From assembly GCA_035627655.1 (NCBI GenBank), contig DASPLI010000001.1, forward strand, positions 464,217-521,508: a stretch of DNA of 57,292 nucleotides, written 5' to 3'. Below the pieces are notes generated by a model that was not told the DNA's origin, made no database searches, and saw only the letters and a program-made list of their open reading frames with translations. A program made the position numbers and the translations under genes. Numbering within the stretch: the first letter of the stretch is position 1; each line of letters begins with the position of its first letter. Positions 1 through 8,324 of the stretch are shown piece by piece. This stretch comes from Minisyncoccota bacterium (GTDB taxonomy: Bacteria > Patescibacteriota > Minisyncoccia > Phycocordibacterales > Phycocordibacteraceae).

Positions 1-371
1 AGGTTGATGTAGCTCTTCCCGTCTCGGTGCGGCGTGATGCCGACTGATCCTGCTTCGTACGTTTGCACGACCAGGTCCGAGAACTCAAGCGGCACAGCGA
101 GACAGGTATTGAATTTCCGTGCAAGCAGGCTCTGTATCTCCGCGCGTAGTTGGAGAAAGAGACTGTTTGCAGGGAAGTGCTTTACCGCTCGATACTGCTG
201 CACCACTTTATGCGGCCCGACCTCATAGGGCGCTTCAGCCGCTTCATAGCGCTGAAGCTCATGTAGTAGTGCCGCACAATCCTCCAGTGAGAGAAAGGAG
301 GGAATGGCAACCGCACCGGTTGTATCAAGAGCAGCGACGTACGGACGAGGATCAAAATCCTGAATGTTCAC
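1..371 (-). CDS. 2OG-Fe(II) oxygenase, AlkB-like (3'-truncated by window edge; not in ORF track)
   Basis: Manual translation from GTG at 371 (preceded by AAGGAGG): MNIQDFDPRPY...LVVQTYEAGSVGITPHRDGKSYINL; Y-x-x-G...HxD iron-binding motif. Confidence 0.7.
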   Translation of the reverse strand, partial: MNIQDFDPRPYVAALDTTGAVAIPSFLSLEDCAALLHELQRYEAAEAPYEVGPHKVVQQYRAVKHFPANSLFLQLRAEIQSLLARKFNTCLAVPLEFSDLVVQTYEAGSVGITPHRDGKSYIN

Positions 372-425
372 GCGTACCTCCTTCTTTCCGTACGGTACGC
401 ACGTCACTCTGCTCTGTCAATTTGT

Positions 426-830
426 TTACGGAAGGGTTGAGCTTTCCAGTCGCAGCGAGGAGCCGCTGCTATCGGTGCGATAGACGTACGTCTTACCCTG
501 CGCTTGCATCTCGACGCGATACCCTTCAACCAATGCCTGAAGGCAGCTTTCTGCCGGACCGCCAAGTCCAAGACAGCCATCCGTCCAGGTGCGCGCTTCT
601 ACGTTGGTAATCGTGACCATGTCCTCGCTCACGGCAAGCGTTGTCGCAAGCTCTGCGCGCGCTGCTTCGGCTGCCGGCCCCACAGGCTCAGACGGCGTTT
701 CGGCATGCTGTCCTGTCTCGTTTTGCGTATTAGATTCCTGGGTGGGTTCTGGAGCCTTAAAGAAAGCAAACCAGATACCGAGCACGAGGAGCACGAGAAC
801 GGCAAGGCCGATGAAGAATGAATTTTTCAT
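426..830 (-). CDS. Membrane-anchored hypothetical protein
   Basis: N-terminal TM helix, low-complexity linker, C-terminal domain WTDGCLG...SCLQALVEGY with two Cys. Confidence 0.8.
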   Translation of the reverse strand: MKNSFFIGLAVLVLLVLGIWFAFFKAPEPTQESNTQNETGQHAETPSEPVGPAAEAARAELATTLAVSEDMVTITNVEARTWTDGCLGLGGPAESCLQALVEGYRVEMQAQGKTYVYRTDSSGSSLRLESSTLP

Positions 831-893
831 ATAGGCTATAGACGATTACGTAGATCCGACTATTACAGCGGATATAGTAGCAAATCGACCTTT

Positions 894-1889
894 TTATTCG
901 TTCGTAGCGACAGAACGGTAGGTTACTTCGGCAACGCGCTTGATAAGACCTGCAAGCGCGTCTGGATCTCTTCCTTCCATCATGACGCATAGAAGGTATG
1001 GCGCTCCCGGATAATAAACGATGCCACAGTCGCTCAACTCGATATGTAACGCGCCGTCCTGGCTTTGGGAATGGATACCGTATTTATGCGCAATTTGTAT
1101 GTTGGACGGCGTACCGGCACGCAGCCCACGATCGAATTCAACTGCGGTGAGCAACTCCGCAGCTCGGTTAGACATTTCACGACTCAGGTATGTGCCGTTA
1201 TAGAGAACACGGAAAAAGAGACCGTAGGTTTTCGTAGAAATCGCGTATGGCTCGGTATCATCGTCATACGGATTTTGAATGCCAAGTACGTTATAGGTCT
1301 CTTTCAGAATGACAGGATCTGCATGTTCCTCCAGGACGTTTTTTGCCTGGTTGTCTGACTGTATGATCATGCCGCGGATCAAATCGTTGACCGTGTAGGA
1401 GTTGCCCGACCTAAGAAGTGGGGTATCTACAAGCGAGTTCTCCACTACTTCTCGCGTTGTTGCGTAAGGGTACCGGGTAGCAAGAACCCCGGGAGTATGC
1501 TCCGCCTCTTTAAAGTACGAAATCATGATGGGAACCTTCAACAAGCTTGCGGGCGCATATGGCTCAAGCTCGTTCACACCCGTCCACTTTCCGGACGTGA
1601 GATCACGAAAATAAACGGAGCCAGCAGTGATACGTCCTTCTGATTTTCCGGTCTCTATGACATTTTCAATTTCCGCTTCCAGTTCGCCGTATGCACGAGT
1701 CTCGTTTCCTTCGTTGATCTGGCAAATAAGAAGCGGGCGGATATACGGATACCGCTCATCATACTCGCGAATGGCGATATCGTTTTCGCGTCCGTCATGT
1801 TGGAGCAGGGATGAGGCAGTCCAGCCGAGAGTGGCGCCGATAAGAAAAATGCCGATACCCGCAAGCGCTGCCTGCTTTGTAATGCGCAT
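894..1889 (-). CDS. Serine hydrolase, class A beta-lactamase-like fold, membrane-anchored
   Basis: SxxK (ASLLK), SDN, HKYG in place of KTG; N-terminal hydrophobic anchor. Confidence 0.85.
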   Translation of the reverse strand: MRITKQAALAGIGIFLIGATLGWTASSLLQHDGRENDIAIREYDERYPYIRPLLICQINEGNETRAYGELEAEIENVIETGKSEGRITAGSVYFRDLTSGKWTGVNELEPYAPASLLKVPIMISYFKEAEHTPGVLATRYPYATTREVVENSLVDTPLLRSGNSYTVNDLIRGMIIQSDNQAKNVLEEHADPVILKETYNVLGIQNPYDDDTEPYAISTKTYGLFFRVLYNGTYLSREMSNRAAELLTAVEFDRGLRAGTPSNIQIAHKYGIHSQSQDGALHIELSDCGIVYYPGAPYLLCVMMEGRDPDALAGLIKRVAEVTYRSVATNE

Positions 1890-1925
1890 ACGAACTTAGT
1901 ATAGCGGAAACTGTCTCGTCGCGTT

Positions 1926-1936
1926 GTTTGGTGACC
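1926..1936 (+). repeat. att-like copy of the tRNA-Glu 3' end (GTTTGGTGACC)
   Basis: Identical to 5584-5594; minus strand reads GGTCACCAAAC. Confidence 0.65.
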
Positions 1937-2028
1937 ACATTAGGTGGAATTGGAACCAGCTCATAGCAGAGCTCAACTTCTGGTTAGTATTTGGTCGATC
2001 TCTCGAACATGAGCAAGAGTCACGATAA
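1930..2028 (+). pseudogene. Possible C-terminal tail relic of a site-specific recombinase
   Basis: Frame starting in the att core reads GDHIRWNWNQLIAELNFW..., resembling tails I recall for tRNA-targeting serine recombinases; no start codon. Confidence 0.3.
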
Positions 2029-2051
2029 ATACAGCCCTCGACGATTAGAAC

Positions 2052-3665
2052 CTATGATGATGAACGATCTAAGAGTGCAAGGGTTTCCGAATCGAGTCGA
2101 TGAGTGAACACGACAAGAAAGAACGGGACGAAGCTGGGAAAGCGTTTCAATAGATTAGGTAAAACCTCCCCATCAAAAGAGTTTGCTTGTATCACTAGCT
2201 TCTTCCAGGATTGGGCTTGCTCAGGGATGTAAGTTGCGTTATCACCTTCCTCCGAACGCCACAAGTAGTAACGCCAGTTTTCGGATGGTATGAATTGCTC
2301 AAAGTGGAAGAAGGATATCTCACGCCACCGGTCAGATATGGGAACTCGAAGACCCCTCCTGGCAAGTAACTCGATAAGAGGCTTTAGGAAATACGAGGCT
2401 CGCCTGTAATCATCCTCGAACTCGTAGTCTAGAAGCTTATATGCACGTTTAATGGCGAAATCGAAGTCATAATATGGCGAAATTAGACCTGGAGGTTCCT
2501 TCGCTTTCCTACCTCCAACTTTAAGGATTTGGTCCATGGCTTCAATGGAAAAACGGTAAGCATTCTCGTTCTGAGTGGGTGCTTGTCGAAATAGTAGCGT
2601 CAAAAATACGAAAGGAATCAATGACGCCTCGCCCCACAAGTTGATGGTTTCGTTGTATGTACCGTCTTGAAACTTATCGATCACGGCAGTCCAATTCTTG
2701 TCTCCATCAATAAGTTCTGAGAGTTTTAGGGCGAGCACATGAGCGGTAGCGGCATGTTTTCTCATTGGCATCAAATCCCTATCTAGCGGAGAGTCGAAAG
2801 CTTTCGTAAAACCACCCGTGTTAATTTCAGCCTCAAGTGCCCGTGCGGTTTGCAGGATATCCGCCCAGGTAATTTGAAAAGCCTCAAGCCAGTAAGCGTC
2901 AGCAAGGCGGCGCTTATCAGCCAACAGGAGTATATGGGTCAGTAAGAGAACGAGTATACGTAATACAGATATGTGATTTTCGTTCTTCCTGTAGGTTCCG
3001 ACCATAAGGTTTGCGTAGAGCACTGCAGCTGCTATATCGCGACGTCGCTGTTCCTTTGAGACTTCCTCATCTACTCTCAAGATCTTGGAAAAGAAAGAGT
3101 TCGCTGATTCGATATCGGCTAAACCTACTGGATTTGGAAAAATCAAATCAATAAGCTCCTTATAAGTTTGAGCGTCACGGGGCAATATTCCATGCGCCAT
3201 GGCCTGGAACTTTGTGAGTAGGTCGCCACGCCTCCATACAATTACCGGCGTATCCTTCCACCTACTTGCATTCAAATCATCGATCGCCACACGGACGGTG
3301 TCATCAAGCTCGCCATTGGTGACAAGATAGGAGATGTGTGGGTGGGATTTATCAATACCAGGGTGCTTTATGGGTATCTCGATTAGTTCTTCAATTTCAG
3401 GCTTTACTTCATCTCGCCATTTCCGCAATGTGATGTCGCCACCCTTCAACTGAAATGCATGGGCAATCCCTTCTGCATCTACGGCAATAACATCCTTACC
3501 TTGTTCGTGCGGACCACTCTTAGAGAAATGCTTAACCGTGAACCCTAGAGTGCAAAGTAGGCTACAGAACAGTGGTTGATAGCCTAGTTCATTAGCGGCA
3601 TCAAGCCAATATTCAACTGCCCGCTGCAGAAAAGGATCGTGTGTATCATGTTGGATAGTACTCAT
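2052..3665 (-). CDS. Mrr-like PD-(D/E)xK restriction-endonuclease domain protein with large helical C-terminal region
   Basis: N-terminal GPHEQGKDVIAVD...AFQLKGGD (D...QxK); ATG 3665 lies 2 nt after the upstream stop (alternative TTG 3671 overlaps it). Confidence 0.75.
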   Translation of the reverse strand: MSTIQHDTHDPFLQRAVEYWLDAANELGYQPLFCSLLCTLGFTVKHFSKSGPHEQGKDVIAVDAEGIAHAFQLKGGDITLRKWRDEVKPEIEELIEIPIKHPGIDKSHPHISYLVTNGELDDTVRVAIDDLNASRWKDTPVIVWRRGDLLTKFQAMAHGILPRDAQTYKELIDLIFPNPVGLADIESANSFFSKILRVDEEVSKEQRRRDIAAAVLYANLMVGTYRKNENHISVLRILVLLLTHILLLADKRRLADAYWLEAFQITWADILQTARALEAEINTGGFTKAFDSPLDRDLMPMRKHAATAHVLALKLSELIDGDKNWTAVIDKFQDGTYNETINLWGEASLIPFVFLTLLFRQAPTQNENAYRFSIEAMDQILKVGGRKAKEPPGLISPYYDFDFAIKRAYKLLDYEFEDDYRRASYFLKPLIELLARRGLRVPISDRWREISFFHFEQFIPSENWRYYLWRSEEGDNATYIPEQAQSWKKLVIQANSFDGEVLPNLLKRFPSFVPFFLVVFTHRLDSETLALLDRSSS

Positions 3666-3667
3666 GG

Positions 3668-4273
3668 TCAATCAATTAACTTTCGCGACTCAACATCCGT
3701 CATGTACTCAGCGTATTTCTTATCCATAATGACTCGCTCTCTTTCATCATACACAGCCCTCTCTTCAGGTGTGGTTTCGGCATTTATCTTTTGGAATGCT
3801 TCAAATGCCTCTGGTGAGGCAATTATCGTTGGACGGACCGGCTTTGAACGATCGTCATCCTCAAAATCGACAGCCATTTTCTCCAGCATCGTGAGAATGG
3901 CATCCGGAGAAAGAGGTGGGTTCCCAGGTATTGTATTGCCACTCTTTTGGATCGCTGCTTTCAAAGTCTCGAATAGGTCACGTTCTATTTGACCAGCCAT
4001 ATCATGAGCCGCAGCATCAATCTTCTCAATCATGTCTGTCATTGAAGTATTGGGTATCTGCTCGCGTGAGATTACGAAAGTGCTCTCAGCGGCACGCATT
4101 TCGCTCTCCTCACGTGTTCCATCAGCTTGGATCACGGATAGAACGGTTCCTTCGAATATGGTCTTCCGCGAACCGAGAGACATGGTAGGAGCCTTCTGCT
4201 TCACCTTCTGGCGAAGTACCTGATCGAGGAGTTTTTTAATCTGCTTCTTAGGCTCCGGAAAATCTACAATCAT
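3668..4273 (-). CDS. Hypothetical protein with possible partial HK97 capsid-like fold
   Basis: About 201 aa ORF; IFEG...STFVISREQI...DMIEKIDAAAHDMAGQIERDLF...IIASPEAF pattern; fold call is by eye. Confidence 0.6.
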   Translation of the reverse strand: MIVDFPEPKKQIKKLLDQVLRQKVKQKAPTMSLGSRKTIFEGTVLSVIQADGTREESEMRAAESTFVISREQIPNTSMTDMIEKIDAAAHDMAGQIERDLFETLKAAIQKSGNTIPGNPPLSPDAILTMLEKMAVDFEDDDRSKPVRPTIIASPEAFEAFQKINAETTPEERAVYDERERVIMDKKYAEYMTDVESRKLID

Positions 4274-4440
4274 AAGGTAAGTAAGCCACAATACTATGAC
4301 TGTGTCGATAGCAATTATATGTCCCGCCGCGCCGTAAAACTAAATTGGTGACCCTAACGATAACAGATTCAAAACCTCTATTAGATAATCTACAAGAAAT
4401 TACTCGTTTTGCCCTCAGTATTCGAGGTAGGGGCAATTAT

Positions 4441-4905
4441 TTACTGAACCTGTTCAAGAAGGGCAAGTCTCCACTGATTTGGTTGCTCAGGGAAGTTAGA
4501 GTCAGCACACTTCGCTACAAAACTACGAAAACTTTTATTAAGTTCATTTCTTATTTCTCCCATACGCCATTGTGCTTTCCCGTTTGTACGCTTCAGAGTC
4601 AAATGTGCCAAGTGTTTATTTATTGCTTCCTTTACACCTACTTTCAGATTAACTACTTCGCCTTGGAGTGGATTGCCGTTTATGTCAGTAAAGTCCGAAC
4701 AGGTGAGATCATCTTTGTTTTTTCTGTTACTTTCTAGAAAATCAATCAAAATACGAGCGTGCAAAAGAAAGCTCTCTAAAATTGCACTTTGCAGCGGTTC
4801 CTTATGTAAAGAATATAATTTGAATGTGTCATTTAGCATCTTGATTTCGTATACAAGAGGCTCAACTTTATTAGCTGGATATCTATCAATTATGAGGTAT
4901 GTCAT
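4441..4905 (-). CDS. Hypothetical protein, possibly HEPN-like
   Basis: 154 aa helical ORF; LESFLLHARILIDFL and INKHLAHLT (NKxxAH variant of Rx4-6H). Confidence 0.55.
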   Translation of the reverse strand: MTYLIIDRYPANKVEPLVYEIKMLNDTFKLYSLHKEPLQSAILESFLLHARILIDFLESNRKNKDDLTCSDFTDINGNPLQGEVVNLKVGVKEAINKHLAHLTLKRTNGKAQWRMGEIRNELNKSFRSFVAKCADSNFPEQPNQWRLALLEQVQ

Positions 4906-5428
4906 TTATAGAGTTTTGAATTGTCTCAATTTGTGCGGGATCTAGTTTTACTGTTTGTGTAAGGACTTGAGCAACAACAATGGGAGCGACGGCTGAAATA
5001 AAAGCAGCTAACACGGAAACTGCTATAGCAATTACTGCTAATTTCTTGGCTTCTTTTGCATTTTCTCTTGCAGACTTGAGCTCGTGGTAATCAATAAATT
5101 TAAAATGAGCGTCAAAACCAACAATGTACTTATGGTGTTCGTGCATGAAGCCTCCTCCGTCACCTTGTTCAACGATAAAGAAAGGTGTCTCCGCATTTCC
5201 TCTCTGGCCTGTTATTTTTGCGTTATATGCGTTTTTGTATGCAGTCTCTAAATACTCATTAACGATTTTTGTCTCCCATCCTTTAAGCTTCAAGCCACTG
5301 ACTAACTGCGGATATGTAAAACCTTCGGGGTACCCAAGCCCGTAATCTATAACACGTAGGAAGATGCTGTCTTCCAGCTTTGCGTCCAATGTGTCTTTCT
5401 CAATATCCTCAACCCGTCTCACTTTCAT
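4886..5428 (-). CDS. Hypothetical protein with C-terminal TM helix
   Basis: 180 aa; charged helix ELKSARENAKEAKK then hydrophobic LAVIAIAVSVLAAFISAVAPIVV; overlaps next gene by 20 nt; TATACT just upstream of ATG. Confidence 0.75.
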   Translation of the reverse strand: MKVRRVEDIEKDTLDAKLEDSIFLRVIDYGLGYPEGFTYPQLVSGLKLKGWETKIVNEYLETAYKNAYNAKITGQRGNAETPFFIVEQGDGGGFMHEHHKYIVGFDAHFKFIDYHELKSARENAKEAKKLAVIAIAVSVLAAFISAVAPIVVAQVLTQTVKLDPAQIETIQNSINDIPHN

Positions 5429-5586
5429 CAGCTAAGTATAATACTGAGTTCAAAACATCGTTAGGTGGGTTTTAAATCCCCTTGGAAACACTCAAAACCG
5501 CCTCTCCCGAATTCCACATTTTAAAACCCCACTTTTACTGTGGATCTGCCTGGTAAAACTCGGGTAAATCGCACAACTGAATCGTT

Positions 5587-5661
5587 TGGTGACCCCACGG
5601 GGAATCGAACCCCGATTTACGCCGTGAAAGGGCGCTGTCCTAGCCGTTAGACGATGGGGCC
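5587..5661 (-). tRNA. tRNA-Glu (TTC)
   Basis: Cloverleaf GGCCCCA...TGGGGTC, anticodon TTC, TTCGATT T-loop, encoded CCA. Confidence 0.97.
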
Positions 5662-5748
5662 GTCTGAACCTGAGCATCCTAGCATCTTTCGTTCAGTAAT
5701 TGTAGATATATAGCCTTTTACAGGCTCAAACGGTAGGATGGCTCAATT

Positions 5749-5837
<89 letters not shown>

Positions 5838-5944
5838 GAAGTGACTCAGAATTGACGATCTAAGCCTGCGCACGGTAGCCTACGTACAGACCCGAAGCAC
5901 CTTTCAGGTCCTCTGCGTCTCAGACGCACACAAGGAGCCATGCT

Positions 5945-6931
5945 ATGCAAAATGGATATGGGTTTCGCGTTCTCGCGACAACCGCCGGCTTGTGTCTTGC
6001 GAAAGAAGCTTGCCAGGCGCTCAGGCGTCCAGATCTACTCATGGAAATGGACATCCAGACGCACAAAGACGGCGAGCTTCGGCTTGAGATCAAGGGCAAT
6101 GTCCGCGGCGCAGAGATCTATCTCTTCGCCTCCGGTCAGCAGCCTGATCGCAATCTGATCGAATTGCTGTGGGCACTTGATGCCCTGCGGCGTTCGGCAG
6201 TAAAGCGGATCACCGTCGTGCTTCCGTACTATCCGTACTCCCGCTCCGACAAGGTGGAAGACGAAAAACGCGAGCCTCTCGGGGCCGCGCTCGTCGCTCG
6301 CCTGATCGAACGGGCTGGCGCGGATCAGTGCTTGATCATGGACCCGCACAACACGTCCATCACCGGCATGTTCCCGCAGGCGCTCTGCGATCGTATCCAC
6401 GCAAGTCGGATACTCGTACCACGCCTGAAGCAACTGCTTGCTGGTCGCGATTTCGTCGTCGCGTCTCCGGACGCCGGCGGCGGGCCGCGCGCTCGCAAAT
6501 TCGCGAAGCGGATGGGTCAGTCGACCATCATCAACTTCTCGAAAGAACGAGTTGGACCCGGTCAGATCAACCCTGACTCGATCCAATTCCAAGGCGACGT
6601 GAAGGACAAAGTGGTTATCTTCGTCGACGACATGATCGACAGTGCCGGAACTATTCTCGGCGCCGTCGACGTTGCACTCGATGCGGGAGCTTCCGCTGCT
6701 ATCGCAGTCGCCCCGCACGCCGTCCTCTCGGATGGCGCGCCGGAGCGCATTGCGGCAAGTCGGATTGAGGCGGTCCTGACGACCAACTCAATCTCGCATG
6801 ACTGGAGCGCGCTCCCCGAGAAGATCGTCCCGGTATCCATCGGTCCGATGCTCGGCCACGCGATTCATTGCCTGCATACCGGCGAATCGCTCAAAGAGCT
6901 TCGCACCTTCGACTACGACGAAGCCGCGTAA
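5945..6931 (+). CDS. prs: Ribose-phosphate pyrophosphokinase
   Basis: LPYYPYSRSDK, VASPDAGG, IFVDDMIDSAGT PRPP-binding motif. Confidence 0.93.
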   Translation: MQNGYGFRVLATTAGLCLAKEACQALRRPDLLMEMDIQTHKDGELRLEIKGNVRGAEIYLFASGQQPDRNLIELLWALDALRRSAVKRITVVLPYYPYSRSDKVEDEKREPLGAALVARLIERAGADQCLIMDPHNTSITGMFPQALCDRIHASRILVPRLKQLLAGRDFVVASPDAGGGPRARKFAKRMGQSTIINFSKERVGPGQINPDSIQFQGDVKDKVVIFVDDMIDSAGTILGAVDVALDAGASAAIAVAPHAVLSDGAPERIAASRIEAVLTTNSISHDWSALPEKIVPVSIGPMLGHAIHCLHTGESLKELRTFDYDEAA

Positions 6932-6936
6932 ACGAG

Positions 6937-6963
6937 CAGCCCCTCTTCGGAGGGGCTGTTTTC
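6937..6963. terminator. Bidirectional intrinsic terminator
   Basis: CAGCCCCTC-TTCG-GAGGGGCTG plus T-tract between convergent genes. Confidence 0.85.
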
Positions 6964-7884
6964 TTATCTCGTCTTTATCCAAATATAGATGTCCTCGAGC
7001 GCTTTCACCGCATCTCCGGCGGCGATATTGTTCTGGTGGTAAAGCTCATCCGTACAGTCTCCTGCAGCCCAGACGCCCTCAGTCGAGGTGTGCTGGTTGC
7101 GCGGATCAGTGATAACGCGTCCGACCTCATCGAGGTTCACGACGTCCTTGGCAAACTCGGTATTTGGGATGACGCCGACCTCAACGAAAATGCCGGTAAC
7201 GGGAAGCGTTTCTTCCTCGCCAGACACCGTGCTCTTGATACGCAGCCCCGTAACGAATTTCTCTCCTTCAACTGCAACCGGCACGCTGTTTGTCCGGACG
7301 CGCATATTCGGGTGTGCGAGCACTTTCTCTACCGTAATGGCGTCTGCTTTATATGTATCGCGGCGGTGGATGAGCGTAACTGACTTTGCGTACGCCAGGA
7401 GCTGCGCAGCAGTCTCAAAGCCGGCATTTCCGCCACCAATGACCGCAACATCCTGATCGGCAAACAGAGGACCGTCGCAGGAGGCGCAGTACGTCACTCC
7501 TTTGTTCTCAAATTCTGCAGCACCCGGCACCTCAAGCTTGCGGCGTCCTGCACCGCTTGCGATAAGTACGGCGCGAGCGTCATATGTCTTCCCGCCCGCT
7601 GTTGCGCGGAATCCGCCCTCGATCTTTTCAAGCTTCTCAACGCGCTCGCCGATCACGGTCTCAAGCACATTGTCCTTGTACGCTTCAAGATGGACCTTGA
7701 AGGATTTAGCAAGATCAGCACCATGGATCTTTATTGTGCCGATCCAGTTCTCAACGCCTTCGGAGACAGTCGACTGCCCGCCGATCTCTTCTGCGATAAG
7801 TGTGGTGGACAAACGCTTTCGTGATGCATAAACGCCCGCGGCGATACCTGCCGGTCCGCCGCCAATAATGAGAAGTTCGCGCAT
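6964..7884 (-). CDS. trxB: Thioredoxin reductase / AhpF-like FAD oxidoreductase
   Basis: GGGPAG, YCASCDG redox CxxC, VIGGGNAG, WAAGD. Confidence 0.88.
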   Translation of the reverse strand: MRELLIIGGGPAGIAAGVYASRKRLSTTLIAEEIGGQSTVSEGVENWIGTIKIHGADLAKSFKVHLEAYKDNVLETVIGERVEKLEKIEGGFRATAGGKTYDARAVLIASGAGRRKLEVPGAAEFENKGVTYCASCDGPLFADQDVAVIGGGNAGFETAAQLLAYAKSVTLIHRRDTYKADAITVEKVLAHPNMRVRTNSVPVAVEGEKFVTGLRIKSTVSGEEETLPVTGIFVEVGVIPNTEFAKDVVNLDEVGRVITDPRNQHTSTEGVWAAGDCTDELYHQNNIAAGDAVKALEDIYIWIKTR

Positions 7885-7952
7885 AGTGGGCACCAGTATA
7901 TCAGCTGGGGACCGGGGTATGGTAGGGTGGGGACGGAAGCAGGGAGGTAGGA

Positions 7953-8288
7953 ATGCCGAATCTCTCCTTAGTAGTTATCCGGACGCCGGATATCGAGAAA
8001 ACCCGCCAGTTTTACGAACGTTTGCTCGGGGTATCCTTTGCGCGCGAGCAGCACGGTGGCGGGCCCGTACACTATGCGGTCGAGCTTCAGGGGAAGATTG
8101 TCTTTGAGATCTATCCGGGCATCAAGACAGACAACGTCCTTGGGTTTCGAACGCATTTCATCAACGGCTGCATCAATCGTGCCAGTCCGTTCTTTTCAAA
8201 GCCGCCTCGGCTCACCCGAGCAGGCGACCGCATCACGCATGCTGTCCTTTACGATCCTGACGGCCGACGCGTCGAACTGACGGAGTAA
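7953..8288 (+). CDS. VOC/glyoxalase family protein
   Basis: TPDIEKTRQFYERLLG, DPDGRRVEL; SD GGAGG; hairpin 8295-8318. Confidence 0.85.
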   Translation: MPNLSLVVIRTPDIEKTRQFYERLLGVSFAREQHGGGPVHYAVELQGKIVFEIYPGIKTDNVLGFRTHFINGCINRASPFFSKPPRLTRAGDRITHAVLYDPDGRRVELTE

Positions 8289-8324
8289 TAGCAAGACCGC
8301 CCGCAATTGCGGGCGGTCCTTCGT

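Larger units (their letters stand above)
1926..5594. mobile_element. tRNA-Glu-anchored genomic islet lacking an integrase
   Basis: Flanked by GTTTGGTGACC direct repeats that include the tRNA 3' end; visibly AT-richer DNA (especially 4290-5460); four non-housekeeping genes, all on the minus strand. Confidence 0.65.

Noticed and set aside
894-1889. Acquired antibiotic resistance genes (this gene and the MBL at 19130)
   Set aside because: Only the fold is shared; key catalytic motifs diverge; no mobile context
3668-4273. Prophage, based on the capsid-like gene
   Set aside because: No terminase, portal, tail or integrase; the protein is too short for a full HK97 capsid
5467-5529. 10 bp inverted repeat GGGTTTTAAA/TTTAAAACCC as IS or MITE ends
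   Set aside because: Short and low-complexity; no target duplication or second copy seen
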